64,000 bases of DNA from a virus (lineage: Duplodnaviria; Caudoviricetes): positions 19,169 to 83,168 of IMG/VR virus record IMGVR_UViG_2636415473_000002, one strand, 5' to 3'. This document shows, one piece after another, positions 52,086 to 61,707 of the stretch. Made by a program: the position numbers and the translations under genes. Below the pieces are notes generated by a model, which ran no database searches, had not been told where the DNA came from, and saw only the letters and a list, made by a program, of their open reading frames with translations. Every line of letters begins with the position of its first letter. The stretch's first letter is position 1.

Positions 52086-52745
52086 ATGGATATTATAGGG
52101 CAAAGATTAAAATGGCTAAGGGAGAAAAAAAGGTATGGACAAAAAGAAGTAGCTGGTAATATAGGATTAACTACAAGTGGCTATCAAAAAATGGAATATG
52201 GGGAAGCAAACCCTAAAGTTGACACATTAATTAAAATATCTCAGTTCTATAATGAAAGTTCAGATTTTTTATTAGGGTTATCTGATCATACGAGAAAGCT
52301 ACAAGAAATTGATGAAAAATTGAGGTTTTTAATAGGTGATTTAAAGATTACAGAGAAAGAATTTCTAGATGTGTATTTTAATGAAAAAGTGTCTGAAGAT
52401 GCTAAGAACGACCTAGCAAAAAGAGTTAGTAAGTTAAAAAGGGAGGTTGACTATTACCAGGAGGAATATTCAAGGAAAATTGTTAAAATACCCAATATTA
52501 ACTTGAGTAACAACAGTATCTTAAAAGATAGAGTACCATTAGAAATTTTTATTATAGAAGAAAAGTCTAGTGGAAATTGGTTTATTACCTTGGAAGACAA
52601 CAGATGTGAACAATTGGCTCGTATGACGGAAGAAAATACAAAAGAAAAAGCTATAGAATTTGCAGAAATGATAAAAGAAAAGAATGGAATTGAATATACA
52701 GTTGAGGAAGAATCATATCTAGATATGAGTGAGAATTGGGATTAA
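52086..52745 (+). CDS. XRE-family HTH regulator with long C-terminal domain
   Basis: IGQRLKWLR..QKEVA..IG.T..GY..ME.G..NP..S.DFLLG. Confidence 0.9.
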   Translation: MDIIGQRLKWLREKKRYGQKEVAGNIGLTTSGYQKMEYGEANPKVDTLIKISQFYNESSDFLLGLSDHTRKLQEIDEKLRFLIGDLKITEKEFLDVYFNEKVSEDAKNDLAKRVSKLKREVDYYQEEYSRKIVKIPNINLSNNSILKDRVPLEIFIIEEKSSGNWFITLEDNRCEQLARMTEENTKEKAIEFAEMIKEKNGIEYTVEEESYLDMSENWD

Positions 52746-52782
52746 TAAATTAATCATTTTATGAGACGGCGGCGGAGCTATA

Positions 52783-53094
52783 ATGAAGATAATTGGTGAA
52801 AGAATTAAGGAAATCAGACTTTCAAAAAGGCTAACTCAGGAAGAATTGGCCGACAAGCTTGAATTAACAAAATCTTATATCTCCAAATTGGAAAACGGGA
52901 TTACAATTCCAAGTATTTATTTTCTGTATAATCTAGCTGACATTTTCGAAGTTACAATACAAGACTTCTTTGGAGAAACAAACAGAACAAACAATGATAA
53001 TAAATGGACTTCTGTTAATGATTATTTCGACAATCACAATATAAGTCCAGATGAAGTATTAATGCTGTTTAATATCCTAAGAAAGCTAAAATAA
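52783..53094 (+). CDS. XRE-family HTH regulator
   Basis: IGERIKEIR..TQEELA..YISKLENG..PS. Confidence 0.92.
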   Translation: MKIIGERIKEIRLSKRLTQEELADKLELTKSYISKLENGITIPSIYFLYNLADIFEVTIQDFFGETNRTNNDNKWTSVNDYFDNHNISPDEVLMLFNILRKLK

Positions 53095-53167
53095 AAGAAA
53101 TATTTTAAAGAAAAGAGCTGATGATATGTAAAATCGAAAAAACGCCCAAATAGGCGCTCTTGGAGAG

Positions 53168-53311
53168 TTACTTAGATTCTTCATCATCATTGAGTAACAT
53201 CTTAGCATTCTCGTCTACTAAACCATAACCGGGGATGTGACCAGTTTTCACTTCGTGATATTTAGTTCCTGAGTCATCAGATTTACTATTTGTACGTGCG
53301 TCTTTAACCAT
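53168..53311 (-). CDS. 47-aa hypothetical protein
   Basis: AGGTGGTG RBS; MVKDARTNSK... Confidence 0.5.
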   Translation of the reverse strand: MVKDARTNSKSDDSGTKYHEVKTGHIPGYGLVDENAKMLLNDDEESK

Positions 53312-53479
53312 AATTATCACCACCTATAGGGAGGGATATATTGTGTGTAGATCAGTTATTTATTCTTTATTGGAATTGTGTTAAAATGCTATTTATTGTG
53401 GTATCATTGTGCATTTACATATGATTAATCACATTAATTTGTTATAATTGAATTATTGTTATTCTTAGGAGGAAGTTTA

Positions 53480-53908
53480 TTGTCAATTGAAGTAGGTAGT
53501 AAGGTACAAGGTAAAGTAACAGGAATCACTAACTTTGGAGCATTTGTAGAGTTACCGGGAAACATAACCGGACTTGTGCACATTAGTGAGGTTGCAGATA
53601 GTTATGTCAAAGATGTTAATGATCATCTTAAAATAGGAGATCAAGTTGAAGTAAAAGTCTTAAGTGAAAAAGAAGGCAAGCTTGCTTTATCGATCAAACA
53701 AACTATTGATAAACCAGAAGGGCAAGCACAGACTTACACTAAGAGACCTTTCCGCAAGACTGATAATCGCCCAAAAAGTAATTTCCAACCAAAGGAAACC
53801 TTTGATGATAAAATGTCCAAATTTCTAAAATCCAGCGAAGAAAACTTATCATCTCTTAAACGTAATACCGAATCCAAACGGGGCGGTAGAGGCGGAAGAA
53901 GAGGTTAA
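53480..53908 (+). CDS. yabR: S1-domain RNA-binding protein (YabR-like)
   Basis: SIEVGSKV.GKVTGITNFGAFVEL..GLVHISEVAD.YV; C-terminal ESKRGGRGGRRG. Confidence 0.88.
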   Translation: MSIEVGSKVQGKVTGITNFGAFVELPGNITGLVHISEVADSYVKDVNDHLKIGDQVEVKVLSEKEGKLALSIKQTIDKPEGQAQTYTKRPFRKTDNRPKSNFQPKETFDDKMSKFLKSSEENLSSLKRNTESKRGGRGGRRG

Positions 53909-53940
53909 CATATAATAAATCAGCGAATTTAACTTAAAAA

Positions 53941-54004
53941 GATTGTGAATTCATCTAAGGAATACCTTATTAAATAAGGTATTTATATGTGTGAATTCAC
54001 AATC
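53941..54004. repeat. Long nested inverted repeat
   Basis: GATTGTGAATTCA..AATACCTTATT-A-AATAAGGTATT..TGAATTCACAATC. Confidence 0.8.
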
Positions 54005-54288
54005 ATTTATAAGGAAATCAATACTAATATAACTTTAAAGATAAATTTATAAAATTAATTAATGTTTTCATTGGTGATTGTATATATTTACTATATACTA
54101 ATATTAACAGGTTAAGCAGAGAGGAAATGTTCAAATGCTGCTAAATGATTTGTACGGATGGTATCAAAGAAATTTATCTAAGTGGAGTACATATACAAAA
54201 CGAAAGGCAATAGAAGAGCTTAAATCCATAATTAAATTAATTGAAGAAGACATTAGACAGAGTAAATCTAATAAAGGAGGGGTTCAAC

Positions 54289-55358
54289 ATGTCAATAGCT
54301 GACGTAAATGAGATTAAAGATAAGATTACAAAAAGTAATGGATAAGTTGTTGATTTGTATTCAACGTAAGTCTTTAATCAAATAATGAGATTTTTAGATG
54401 ATAAGTTGAATAAAAGTTCTAAATATGAAAGTAATCAAACGAGTAACGCCTATAGGAAAGATATTAAAGATTTCTTTTTAATATTACGGGATAAAGATAT
54501 TAAGTTTCTAACAGAAGAAGATATGAATATTACTTATGATGACTTTGAAGATTTTATTAATTACTTAGAGGTAACTGAACTGTATTTTAATTCATCAATA
54601 AATAGGAAAATGTCTAGCGTGAAATCTCTTCTTGAATATTTGCATTCTAAAAAAGTCGTATCAGATATTAGCTACTTGAAGTGGGTAAAAAGTAAAGCAG
54701 ATGAGTCTGAAAGACATGGAATATTGACAGTTAATGAAGTTAAACAGATGTCTGAATTAGCTCTTGAGGAAAGAGAGAAGGGTATTATAAAGAAGTATTT
54801 CTTTTTATTTGGATTGAATACAGCTCTAAGGAAAGAAGAGATTTTAAATCTAAAGTGGAATGATTTTCATGAAGAAGGTTCAAGTGTTTTCATTAGTGGT
54901 ATTGGTAAAGGTAATGTTAAATATAAAAAGAGATTTCTTTAAAGTTTTATGAGGAATTATTAATTTTAAATATTGGGCAAGAAAAAGTATTTGATATTTC
55001 TTCAGATAGTATTGTAAGCATGTTTAATCGAATTAGGAAGAAAACGAAATTCCCTAAGCAACGTAATATAGTTATCCATAGTATTAGAAAAGCTGCTATC
55101 AGTAATTTTTATAAGTTAACTAAAGATCCTTTTGCAACTATGAGATTTGCAAATCATAAGAATTTTAACACTACAGTTAGATATATACAGGAGGAAAGTT
55201 ACGGAGCAATTTCATTTACTGAAGATGTAGATTTAGATTTGCACAAGAAGATTAGTCGTGCAGATTTATTGGAAGCATTAAGTGAAATGGATGATTCTTT
55301 TGTGCTATTACTTAATAATAAGATTAAAGAAAATCAAAATAAAAAGCTAAGAAATTAA
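54289..55358 (+). pseudogene. yopP: Tyrosine-recombinase-fold gene (YopP/SroD-like), disrupted
   Basis: TALRKEE (R), HSIRKA (H..R), ANH..TT.RY (H/Y); two in-frame TAA near the 5' end and a frameshift near 54930. Confidence 0.75.
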
Positions 55359-55457
55359 GGGAAAATATGTAATTATTGTTTACATTGAGTTTTAAAGACT
55401 GTATATTATTATCAATAGATATTTATAAGATTACGCTTAAAGGGGTGGCACTATTTA

Positions 55458-56813
55458 GTGAGAGTAAGTAGAAATGAATTAGAAAATACATTGCAAGATG
55501 TTATATTAGAGATAAAACATGATAAGAAGAAAGTTAAAAATATTAAAACAGGATTGAAGGCGTACAGTATTCCTCCTGGAGCAGTACAGAGTTATTTTGC
55601 TAATCCTCAAGAAAATCTTCCAGAATTAGATCTGAGAATTCTTTGTTTATTAGCTGAAGAGATTTATTTAGAAACAATGATTGATGATTTCAATCCAAAA
55701 AATATATTTGAAGAACAAGAGTTAAAAGTGGCTAGAACTTTTGATTATTCATTATTGAGTAGTATTAACATCATTGATTTTCCTATATATTTGAATAACG
55801 TTATTATGATTGATTCTGAGAATTATGTGACAGTTTGGAATGCTAAATTTATAAAACAATTAATGGATAATCAACTACTAAGGTATAACTTTGATACCCA
55901 AAGAGAGCATATTAAAGTAAAAAGAAATAATACAATTCAAAAGGTAATCAACTTAAATAGTAAATCTGTAGATGAAATTGCACAAGCAGCGTTAAAAGGA
56001 GAGTTAGAGAAAACGACTATAACTATCAACGCATTAGTTGGTACTGCTGATGACGGAGAAGAGTTAGAGTATGATGCTAAAAAAATGCAATTAATTATTA
56101 AAAATGGTACATTCTTGGACATTGTTGATGGGATGCATCGAATCTCCGGAATAATTAATGCATTAGAATCTAATCCTGAACTAGAACATGAGTTTATTAT
56201 TTCAATAAAAAACTTTAATACTAAACAAGCTCAACGTCATTTAGCTCAAATAAGTACATTCAACCCAATTTCAAAAACACATATAGAAGCATTAAAGGAA
56301 TCAAGAAAATCAGATATGGTTGTTAGACATTTAATGAGAGAATCTGATTTAAAAGGAAGAGTATCTCAGACCTCAACTCCAAAGCCGACTTTGGGAGAAA
56401 TTGTTTCTTATAATACTTTAGCAGATACAATAGATGAAGAATTTCAAATGAAAACCAAATTAGATGCAGAAGAAGTTGGCGAGTATCTTACTAAATTCTT
56501 TGATCATTTAATTGGGACTTATTCGGAGGAATTTGTAGATAACCTAGGAAAAGATAGGAATTTGATTAGTGAAAATATAATGTTCGCAGGTTATATCATA
56601 TTAGCAAGAAAAATGTTGGATGATAAAATTAAAATTCGAAATCTTAAAGAGATAATAGATGAGCTAAATATAACTAGAGATAATGAAGTATGGGAAAAAG
56701 CAGGAGTTCTAGATAAAAATAAAATTTTTGTAAGTACTGCTAAATCAAAGGTGAAAATGTATTTCAGGAATCTTGAGTTGAATAAGTTTAGAGTTGCAGG
56801 AGGTATTGAATAA
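55458..56813 (+). CDS. yopQ: DndB/DGQHR ParB-like protein (YopQ/SroE-like)
   Basis: YNFDTQR, ITIN, DIVDGMHR motifs; synteny. Confidence 0.75.
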   Translation: MRVSRNELENTLQDVILEIKHDKKKVKNIKTGLKAYSIPPGAVQSYFANPQENLPELDLRILCLLAEEIYLETMIDDFNPKNIFEEQELKVARTFDYSLLSSINIIDFPIYLNNVIMIDSENYVTVWNAKFIKQLMDNQLLRYNFDTQREHIKVKRNNTIQKVINLNSKSVDEIAQAALKGELEKTTITINALVGTADDGEELEYDAKKMQLIIKNGTFLDIVDGMHRISGIINALESNPELEHEFIISIKNFNTKQAQRHLAQISTFNPISKTHIEALKESRKSDMVVRHLMRESDLKGRVSQTSTPKPTLGEIVSYNTLADTIDEEFQMKTKLDAEEVGEYLTKFFDHLIGTYSEEFVDNLGKDRNLISENIMFAGYIILARKMLDDKIKIRNLKEIIDELNITRDNEVWEKAGVLDKNKIFVSTAKSKVKMYFRNLELNKFRVAGGIE

Positions 56814-56815
56814 TT

Positions 56816-57808
56816 GTGGCCGAATTATATCAAGAACACATAAAGGAACAATTTTTAAGTCAATATGATAATAAAAGTACAATTGATACAATAAAGCATA
56901 TTTTTATAAGGAGTGCGGAAACAGAGTTTTTAAAAGAAAAAGACTTGTTTGATTTCACTATAGAAGAAATTGAAGATATGATGAGGGAGCTAAATCCCAA
57001 AACAACAAATTCAGCAAGAACATACGGGAGATTTATTAGAAAATATATCGAATGGTCAATAGAGCCTAAAGGTTATAGAAGAAGTAATATTAACCTAATA
57101 TCGTCAAAGCATATGTCTTATTTTGATAATTTTATAGATAGGTCATTGAAACTTTTATATACAGATGAAGAGATAAGTGAAATGTTAGAGAAGCTGGTTA
57201 ATTATCAAGATAAGGTGATAATTTGTCTTTTATTTATAGGGATAGCAGGGGATGGACTTTTTGAGATACTAAATTTGAAAAGTAATGATATAGATTTTGA
57301 AAATAGAATACTTCTTTTGAAAGATGATGATGGGAACGAACGAACATTAGAAGTATCTAAAGAAGTAATAGAAATAATCGAAGGTGCGCTAGATAAAGAA
57401 AATAGCCATTATTTATTAAAGAACGGACAATCAACTGGTAAGAAATCACATGCCTTTCTGGTGGATAATGATTACGTAATTAAATCGACTTTAACTAATA
57501 ATCTTGTGAACCCAGAGAAAGCAAGTAAGCATCTAATATTTAGAAGGCTTTCAATGATGTCCGATAAAGATGTTCTTGATTATCCATATTTAACTGCCAG
57601 CAACATCGAGAAATCAGGTAAAATAGCTTTAGCAAAAGACTTATATATAGAAAGAAAAACACTTGGTAATGACGAATTAAATATAATTGGTGATAAATTC
57701 GGTATGAAAAAAATTATGAGAAATGGTGAGTGGGGCTATAATCTTCATTCTCTTAGGCAATATATCAACATAGAAAATTTGAATGACTTATATCCGGAAA
57801 TTTTTTGA
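56816..57808 (+). CDS. yopR: Integrase-like master repressor (YopR/MrpR/SroF-like)
   Basis: LY...IKE.FL, E...EKDLFDF, LVN.QDK..I.LLF.GI.G, NI.KSG; synteny. Confidence 0.8.
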   Translation: MAELYQEHIKEQFLSQYDNKSTIDTIKHIFIRSAETEFLKEKDLFDFTIEEIEDMMRELNPKTTNSARTYGRFIRKYIEWSIEPKGYRRSNINLISSKHMSYFDNFIDRSLKLLYTDEEISEMLEKLVNYQDKVIICLLFIGIAGDGLFEILNLKSNDIDFENRILLLKDDDGNERTLEVSKEVIEIIEGALDKENSHYLLKNGQSTGKKSHAFLVDNDYVIKSTLTNNLVNPEKASKHLIFRRLSMMSDKDVLDYPYLTASNIEKSGKIALAKDLYIERKTLGNDELNIIGDKFGMKKIMRNGEWGYNLHSLRQYINIENLNDLYPEIF

Positions 57809-57934
57809 TGATTTACCCTTAAATCCCTGTAACACTAAAGGGATTTAAAAACATATACACTAAAGATAAAATTACACGTTTATATTTTGGTGAAGAATAA
57901 ATTTTGGGTTTGTGAATTATACATTTGTTATTAA

Positions 57935-58300
57935 CTATCTATACCAAATATGAAAAAATATACAAAATAAATAATGATACAATTTGAAATATATTGTAAT
58001 ATTGGTATAATAGTCAAAAATTTCACCAAGTAGTGAAGTTCCGAGGAGACTGACGCATAAAAAGCCGTCAAGTCTGCCTACTAATCCTTTATTATCATAT
58101 GAATAAAGATCCTCCATGGAACAGCCTAGCGCAGCAGAAATAAGGTAAGCGGTCTGTAGGGACATCCTCTTTCTGTTGTTAATATACGCAGAAAGTTGAG
58201 TTGGAGACATTCCAGTCTGTTCACAAAATTCTATTTGCGTTAGGTCACGTTCGCGAAGGAGGCTGGAAAGTAGGCATTTTCCGATTGTAACTTCAAACAT
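57935..58300 (-). CDS. yopS: XRE regulator (YopS-like), possibly extended past the native stop
   Basis: MFEVTIGKCLL..QLS.Y..MS..TA..I.AAL.C..EDLY; convergent with yopR-like gene. Confidence 0.75.
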   Translation of the reverse strand: MFEVTIGKCLLSSLLRERDLTQIEFCEQTGMSPTQLSAYINNRKRMSLQTAYLISAALGCSMEDLYSYDNKGLVGRLDGFLCVSLLGTSLLGEIFDYYTNITIYFKLYHYLFCIFFHIWYR

Positions 58301-58880
58301 CGGAAAAGATTCATTGCAATTTAAGAATCAACTATTAGATACTGGGAGCAGTGTGCATGAAATGAAAGTAACTTCTCATGATTTAAAATATGAAACAGTT
58401 GAGGAGTTTGAAGAAAGAATATTAAAAGAAGAGGACAAAAAAATACTGAGCGACAACTCAGCATCGAAGGCTAACAGATCATGACTGCAATCATGATAAG
58501 TGAAAAAATAAATACATAATAAGTATGTTTGTAGATAAATATTATCAAATGTAATGGGGAAGTTGAAGTGAACATATATAAATTAGGTCAAGAGTCACGC
58601 TTTTAAAAGTTATCTTACATAATAAGTTACTGATGATTTTTCTTTTTTACACTCGATAAAGATAACTTTATGAGGTGTTGTGGATTCTTTTTTTGTGGAT
58701 TTTTATTTTAATTAAAAAATAAATTTACAATAAAGGGAGTGTCTAGTTTGAGCATTGAGCTAACACCAAATGAATATTATTAAAGAAGAAAAGAATAAGG
58801 TTAGTGATCAACTATGTACAGTAAAAACTGGTTGCCTCTAAAAACATTAAGAAGACAACCAGAGTATATGATTGAATAAA

Positions 58881-59615
58881 TTATTGTGCAGTTAAGCCAC
58901 CATCAATTACAAATTCAGAACCTGTAGAATAGCTTGATTCTTCGGAAGCTAAGAATAAAACAAGATTTGTTACTTCTTCTGACTTTGCGACACGTTTAAG
59001 TGGAATATGTTTCGCAAATTCTTTAATGACTTCAACGGAATCACCTTGAGTTACCATTGGTGTTTCAATTACACCTGGATGTACTGAGTTTACGCGAATA
59101 CCGTAGCGCGCAAAATCTATCGCTGCTGCTTTTGTCATTCCGCGAACTGCAAATTTAGTATCGGTATAACCAATTGCTCCAGCTACTAAGCCATTCATTG
59201 AAGAAATATTGACGATTGATCCGTTTTCTGTTTTTTTCATAGATGATACAACTGCTTTCATCCCTAAAAATACAGATACTTGATTAATATTTACGATTTT
59301 TAAATATTGCTCTAATGTTGTATTTTCAATAGAATTGTTGACACTAATACCAGCGTTATTCACTAAAATATTTACGGGGCCAAAAGCTTTTTCTGTTTCA
59401 GCAACGACTGCATCCCAATCTGCTTCACTGGATACGTCTTGTTTAATAAACATAGCATTTTCTCCAAGCTCCTGAGCAAGTGCTATACCCGCTTCTTCGT
59501 TTAGATCTGTTATTACAACTTTTGCGCCTTCTTCTACGAATTTACGTGCATGTGAAGCACCCATACCACGTGCTGCACCTGTAATAATAGCGACTTTATT
59601 TAATAATCTTGTCAT
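58881..59615 (-). CDS. SDR oxidoreductase (3-alpha/20-beta-HSD-like)
   Basis: TGAARGMG, NNAG, NISS, YTDTK, VHPG. Confidence 0.93.
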   Translation of the reverse strand: MTRLLNKVAIITGAARGMGASHARKFVEEGAKVVITDLNEEAGIALAQELGENAMFIKQDVSSEADWDAVVAETEKAFGPVNILVNNAGISVNNSIENTTLEQYLKIVNINQVSVFLGMKAVVSSMKKTENGSIVNISSMNGLVAGAIGYTDTKFAVRGMTKAAAIDFARYGIRVNSVHPGVIETPMVTQGDSVEVIKEFAKHIPLKRVAKSEEVTNLVLFLASEESSYSTGSEFVIDGGLTAQ

Positions 59616-59637
59616 AATAGCACCTCTTTTGTTTATT

Positions 59638-59656
59638 TTGATAGTTGAACTATCAA
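59638..59656. promoter_or_regulatory. Candidate TetR operator
   Basis: Perfect palindrome TTGATAGTT-G-AACTATCAA between divergent genes. Confidence 0.7.
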
Positions 59657-59722
59657 TTTATACAGATTTATTTTATAATATTTATAAGAATATATCAAGA
59701 TAATAGAAAGGGTTGTAAAACC

Positions 59723-60358
59723 TTGACAATAAATGCTAGAGAAAAAAATAAAAAGCAACGCACAGAACAAATTATTCTTGCTGCTGAGGAATTATTTTCA
59801 GAGAAAGGCTTATATGATGTACAGATGCAGGATATTGCCACAAAGGCTAATGTTGGTATCGCGACTTTATTTCGTTATTTTCCAAAAAAGGAAAATATAA
59901 TTGTGGAAGTAGCAGTCTTTGCTTTAGGCAAGTTTCAAGAAGACTTACAAAAGATTGCTGATTCAGAAAAAAATGCATTTGATAAACTAGAGCACTTATT
60001 TGACTATTTTTTAGAAATAGCAAATGGGCCCGCTAGAAAAGTTACGTTATTTCGTGAAGCATTCGAAAGTTACTCTTCATACAGAAATGAGCCATTAGAA
60101 AATATTGATGCATATATTGAAATACAAGGAGTTTTATCGAATGAAATATTCAAAATCATTAAGCAAGGAGAAGTTGACGGTTCCATTCGTTCAGATATAA
60201 AAATGGAATTAGCTCTTACCACAATAACGAATTGTTTTGGTATATTTTCAACTAAAATCACGCTACATGAAAAGGTAGCTAATTTTCCATCAGGAATTAC
60301 GGCCATTGACCAACAACAATTTTTAAAAGAGATGTTTCTTAGTTATATTAGGGCTTAA
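59723..60358 (+). CDS. TetR-family regulator
   Basis: AAEELF..KG..V.MQDIA..ANVG.ATLFRYFPKKE. Confidence 0.93.
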   Translation: MTINAREKNKKQRTEQIILAAEELFSEKGLYDVQMQDIATKANVGIATLFRYFPKKENIIVEVAVFALGKFQEDLQKIADSEKNAFDKLEHLFDYFLEIANGPARKVTLFREAFESYSSYRNEPLENIDAYIEIQGVLSNEIFKIIKQGEVDGSIRSDIKMELALTTITNCFGIFSTKITLHEKVANFPSGITAIDQQQFLKEMFLSYIRA

Positions 60359-60705
60359 AGAATCGACCATCAAATTTCTCAATAGTAGTATTAACTAGTT
60401 AATATCGTGTACAACAAAGTGGTGATATATACTTTACGAAACAATAAGTGACCTAAAATTTTATTGAACGTTAGAGATTGTCCCAAAACTTTCTTTCGCT
60501 GATAATTGTAGGGCGAAGGAGGTGGTATCTTGCTTATAGTTGATACTAAAAGGGAATTAAATCCTATTAAAGATCTACCTAGAGATCGATTGTTTTTTTT
60601 AGAAGATATTATGCAGCGTAAAAGTGATATGGATAAGAAAAGAGGAGCATCGTCTTAGCGATGGTGCTTTTTATTTTGGAATAATATTTAGTATTATTGT
60701 CTAGT

Positions 60706-60733
60706 ACAAGTCCTCACCTACTTACATAAGCTA
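60706..60733 (+). promoter_or_regulatory. SigK-type promoter
   Basis: ACA-N16-CATAAGCTA upstream of the cotD-like gene. Confidence 0.55.
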
Positions 60734-60774
60734 CATCGTAAAGTAATAATCCAAAAAAAGGGTGGGATGTTTTT

Positions 60775-61044
60775 ATGAGTTGTAATTGTAGAAGATGTCG
60801 TGAGAAAGCACAAAGGGAGGAAGTAATTACAAGCCCAACTAAGACAGTAGTAAACACTAGGACAAAAGAACGTGTAGTTAAGCATATTCATCCAACGGAA
60901 GTTATTAATGTTAATAGAACAGTTGTTAGGAACGAGCATTTCTTTCCAGTGCATGAGAGAGAAGTAAATGAAGTAGTAGAGGAAAACTTTAATTGTGGAA
61001 GTGACTTTAATAACAATAGATGTAGACCGTTTTGGAACTGGTAA
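60775..61044 (+). CDS. cotD: CotD-family spore coat protein
   Basis: SPTK.VV....VKHIHP...VN...NEH.FP pattern with Cys-rich ends. Confidence 0.72.
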   Translation: MSCNCRRCREKAQREEVITSPTKTVVNTRTKERVVKHIHPTEVINVNRTVVRNEHFFPVHEREVNEVVEENFNCGSDFNNNRCRPFWNW

Positions 61045-61226
61045 TTATGAAGTAATTTAGTTCAAGGAAGCACTCATAACATTGGGTGCTTTTTATGTTG
61101 GAGAAAGAAGGTGCTGAGGTTGAGAGTGTCGTCTCTTTTGGATATATTGTCATGATTTGTCGAACGATAGCATTTGTCCCTTTAGTTCCTTTTACTCATA
61201 ATTGTAGGTGGAAGGAGAGGCTTTAC

Positions 61227-61667
61227 ATGATTAGAAAATGCTTGCTTTTTTTAATGCTATTTACGTTTTTACCCGGTTCCGTAATGGCGAACAGCCAATC
61301 AGGGCAATATTATCCACCTACAAATTCTGACTATTTTCAGAAGAAGTTCTCGTGGCAAATTTACGTATCTCATGGAGTGAAAAAGATAACATTCATTCAA
61401 TATGATATGGAAAATAAGGAAAGAGGTTTGATCTATTATGATGATCCGCCTCAAAACTCTTTTTTTTGGGTAGATTTTACTTGTCGTGGGAATGTAAGAA
61501 TAAATTTCTACAATAAAAAAGGAAAGTTAATAGGTTCGTTTACTCGCGGTCATGGAACATCGTATTTAAATAACTCAGCATGTAATTATAAAGACTTTGT
61601 TTATGGTTCTGATTTTGACGAGAAAAATAGAAAATATAAAAGTGATAAATTTAAAGGGCCAAAGTAA
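61227..61667 (+). CDS. Secreted hypothetical protein
   Basis: AAGGAG RBS; signal peptide ..PGSVMA. Confidence 0.65.
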   Translation: MIRKCLLFLMLFTFLPGSVMANSQSGQYYPPTNSDYFQKKFSWQIYVSHGVKKITFIQYDMENKERGLIYYDDPPQNSFFWVDFTCRGNVRINFYNKKGKLIGSFTRGHGTSYLNNSACNYKDFVYGSDFDEKNRKYKSDKFKGPK

Positions 61668-61707
61668 TTAGCATCCGTCTGGATGCTTTTTATTTTGGAG
61701 AAAGAAG

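Larger units (their letters stand above)
37911..53107. repeat. Dispersed intergenic palindrome TAAAA-N6-TTTTA (~17 copies)
   Basis: Perfect at 40676, 43004, 46645, 47077, 49242, 53092; 1-2 mismatches at 37911, 38531, 40025, 40586, 43700, 44875, 47565, 48153, 48543, 49516, 51008, 52746. Confidence 0.7.
33900..58800. mobile_element. Decayed SPbeta-like prophage segment (boundaries approximate)
   Basis: yopPQRS-like module, dense small ORFs, repeated intergenic motifs, many pseudogenes. Confidence 0.7.

Noticed and set aside
37911-53107. CRISPR array or classical integron attC interpretation of the repeats
   Set aside because: Spacing is irregular and gene-sized, repeats are only 16 bp, there are no cas genes, and there is no RYYYAAC/GTTRRRY hairpin
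55458-56813. Dnd phosphorothioation system
   Set aside because: No dndACDE genes; synteny fits YopQ
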